Positions 61,734 through 64,000 of a stretch of DNA of 64,000 nucleotides are shown here, piece by piece. Location: contig CM082582.2 in NCBI GenBank assembly GCA_040954595.2, positions 7,442,063 through 7,506,062 on the forward strand, read 5' to 3'. Numbering within the stretch: the stretch's first letter is position 1; every line of letters begins with the position of its first letter. Position numbers and translations under genes: made by a program. Under the pieces are notes generated by a model, which saw only the letters and a list, made by a program, of their open reading frames with translations, did no database searches and had not been told where the DNA came from. Source of the stretch: Balanoglossus misakiensis (taxonomy: Eukaryota > Animalia > Hemichordata).

Positions 61734-63123
61734 GAGACAGACAGACAGAGACAGAGAGATTCACAGACAGAGAGGGGGAGAGAGCTACTCACGGCAGTTG
61801 TCTTCATCCGAGCCGTCGTAACAGTGCACCTGGCGATCACACTCGTATCTCTTCTCAATGCAGAAACCCAAATCACTACCGTTCACACATCTTAACTGGT
61901 TGTCTCCGCATTCTCCTGGAAACGACCAATGACGTGACAATGTTTATGATGCTGGGCATAGGTGGTGGCCGGGGATGGGGATGAAGACGGGCAGAAATCG
62001 GTATTTAATAACGAATTACCCGCAGATGGATTAATTGAATCTCACATAACCATTGGCTACGCCATTAACCTACCGTAAGTGCAACCATCTTCATCGCTGA
62101 AATCCTTGCAGTGGTTGATTCCATCGCAGCGTAGATACTGTTTGATACACAGGTCACCATTTGCACAGTGAAAATCTCCAGATATACAAGGAGCTGCAAA
62201 ATATTCGGTACCATGTGTTTAATCCATTTTTAAACAAGTTAAGTGGCGTCGATAGATATATATATATAAGCGTAACTTACCGTAGTAGGGTAACACAACC
62301 TGCTCGTCAACAATCAACATCTTTTTGTGTGGAGACGAAGCGATGGCGGACTTCCTCAATTTGTTGACGTTACAAACAGTCACGCTGGGAAAGACGAGTC
62401 GCTTCTCCGTCACCACTTCAATCTGTCATACGTAAAAAATAGAGTCAATTATTCTAGATCTGTGGAAATGTGTAAAGTTTTTTTTTTCTCGAAATGATGA
62501 ACGAAGTCACGGATATACATCATATACCGGTAGGTGTACAACAGTTCCAATTAATATTTGTTACTTTGATACTAGATAAGAAATGAAATTGGTACGTCTA
62601 TGGATAGATTGATGGATGGGTGGATATATCGGTGAATGAATGAATGAATGAATGAATGAATGAATGAATGAATGAATGAATGAATGAATGAATGAATGAA
62701 TGAATGAATGAATGAATGAATGAATGAATGAATGAATGAATCACCTTCGTAATGACGTCAAATTTCAGGAATTGTCCAACTAAAGCCGACCCTTGCCACA
62801 GGAATGCTCCGAAACCCGTTAAAGTGACGACCAACCAGCAAATGGCAACGGTTCGATTGGTCGCCCCGCAGATCCTCGGGATGCCGTGAGTCGTGGTGTT
62901 CAGCCCGCATTGTTTCACCACGCCCCAGATGGTCGCCAGGTTTTTCTCCTCGGTTTCGTCGACGACGTTGACCCGGGGAAACGCGGGGTCGATGGTGTCA
63001 TACAGTTGCGGGCCAACATCTGACGCGCCGTTGAAGTTGACGGGTGGGGCGACACCAAACGCCTGGTCGGAGATCGAATAAATGGCGTTTTCCCGCGCAA
63101 ACCTGCCATTGTTGCGTTGATCG
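55519..63123 (-). CDS. DEG/ENaC (amiloride-sensitive channel family) subunit with ten LDL-receptor class A repeats in the ectodomain; start exon not found
   Basis: Channel exons: 63123-62745 ([11 protein letters not shown] motif + TM1), 62422-62281 ([10 protein letters not shown]), 58501-58204 ([14 protein letters not shown]), 57957-57684 ([19 protein letters not shown]), 57569-57468 (PYGNC), 57117-57012 (CQSAC...CGC), 56813-56741, 56592-56535 (WPS), 56365-56295, 56003-55928 (VYFNELNY), 55641-55519 ([24 protein letters not shown]2). Ten LDLa exons lie between 62193 and 59043. All junctions are phase-compatible. Confidence 0.93.
57991..58167 (+). repeat. Short dispersed repeat, copy B
   Basis: See copy A. 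Contains the internal inverted repeat GGTGGCAC...GTGCCACC (58061-58090) and ends in CCTTTAA. Confidence 0.7.
58606..58745. repeat. Degenerate (CAC/CAT)n microsatellite in a DEG/ENaC intron
   Basis: Visible trinucleotide tract; explains the poly-H and poly-V ORFs. Confidence 0.93.
59043..62193 (-). other. Array of ten LDLa-repeat exons within the DEG/ENaC gene
   Basis: Exons 62193-62074, 61915-61793, 61633-61520, 61297-61187, 60958-60794, 60660-60550, 60309-60196, 60057-59860, 59531-59292, 59174-59043. Each length is a multiple of 3, each is flanked by phase-1 introns, and each has six Cys plus a C-D-x-x-x-D/H/N-C-x-D-x-S-D-E-type motif, e.g. [36 protein letters not shown]. Confidence 0.92.
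61686..61784. repeat. (GACA)n/(GA)n compound microsatellite
   Basis: Visible tract in the intron between LDLa exons 2 and 3. Confidence 0.9.
62633..62741. repeat. (TGAA)n microsatellite next to the donor of the TM1 exon
   Basis: About 27 perfect units; explains the IHSF repeat in ORF 62598-62921. Confidence 0.97.
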
Positions 63124-64000
63124 CTGCAAGAAATCGCCAGTTCAACAGTTGGTTAGTGTTAACACGTACAGCACATGCTATTTGGTATTAAATAAATTAA
63201 TGAGATGAACTGTTCCATTTTCATATCTCCATGGTTACTCTATCTTGCCTTATTTTCACTTCCCCATCATCTATCAGCAACTCTACACGGTGATGAGGGG
63301 GTGTATTTGCATAATAGCCAACTTTGTTCAAGAAGGAAGGGAGTAAGCTTATATACATGGTCATAAAGAAATAAGATACACCAGTTATTTTTTTCTGGTA
63401 TGACCTAACGTTTAATTTTAGGCGCGCATATTAGGTCACGATATCAAAATGGCATTTATTCGATCGAGCTGTTTCATGCATATCCATGTACGTGATCCGA
63501 TACAACTGTACATGTCTATTTATTTCGTGATTTGTAAATCTTAGCCCTTAAACTGTATTGATTTGCCTTCCTTTGGTGATATTTTAGACTTCCATGGCCA
63601 ATACCCGGATTTTACTCTTTTCGTTCGACAAAACTGCTCACCAAAAATAAAAAAACACTACTTATACATTGTAGTTAGATAAGCATTTACTGTCATTAAT
63701 TCGCAATTAATTACAGCATTCTTGGTTGTCAAAAACATGAAACGTCACATTTCTGCAGACTCAGTCTGTTTTATAAGCCATTTTAAGAATATTAGCTTAC
63801 ATCCGATAAATATAAATCACGATTGTGGTGTGTCTCTATACGAAGCAAGGAACCTTCCTTCTCAGGACTTCGTTCTCAGTTCCCCGTGTGCAGATGCCCT
63901 CCCCTCGTGTGCAAACACATATAGGGCGTTCTCACTGAAACGTTTACACCGGTGCTACACCGGTGTAGATTCGACTCCGGCGGGGAAAAAAATAAGTGAG

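Noticed and set aside
62915-63109. Programmed -1 frameshift linking the ATG at 63109 to the channel frame
   Set aside because: Only a non-canonical T TTC CCC heptamer is in the right phase, and a good splice acceptor at 63124 explains the frame more simply.
63945-63990. Palindrome CTACACCGGTGTAG followed by GATTCGACTCC (T-loop/B-box-like)
   Set aside because: No cloverleaf or A-box could be built; not callable as a tRNA or SINE.

Overview
Gene-dense, intron-rich eukaryotic genomic DNA from an invertebrate animal; a non-vertebrate deuterostome is my best guess (inference only). I assembled the exons by hand from splice sites and frame continuity. Twelve protein-coding genes in order: 3' end of a MARVEL-domain gene (+), MRPL36 (-), NDUFS6 (+), FAM217-like (+), METTL24-like methyltransferase (+), PRPF4B kinase (-), BRD7/9 (-), TRIP13 (+), an intron-containing bacterial-type DUF445 membrane protein (+), two tandem ACOT8 paralogues (-), and a DEG/ENaC channel (-). 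The most unusual object is the DEG/ENaC gene, which has ten symmetric phase-1 exons, each encoding an LDL-receptor class A repeat (about 476 aa in total), inserted in its extracellular finger region. Also notable: three gene pairs with the same relative orientation as in human, a GC-AG intron, a decayed duplicate exon, DR1-type elements at both ACOT8 starts, recurring CTCF-like motifs at gene boundaries, and many splice signals behind the PRPF4B stop. I found no rRNA, tRNA, CRISPR array or autonomous transposon. Family assignments come from recalled motifs; no database search was run.
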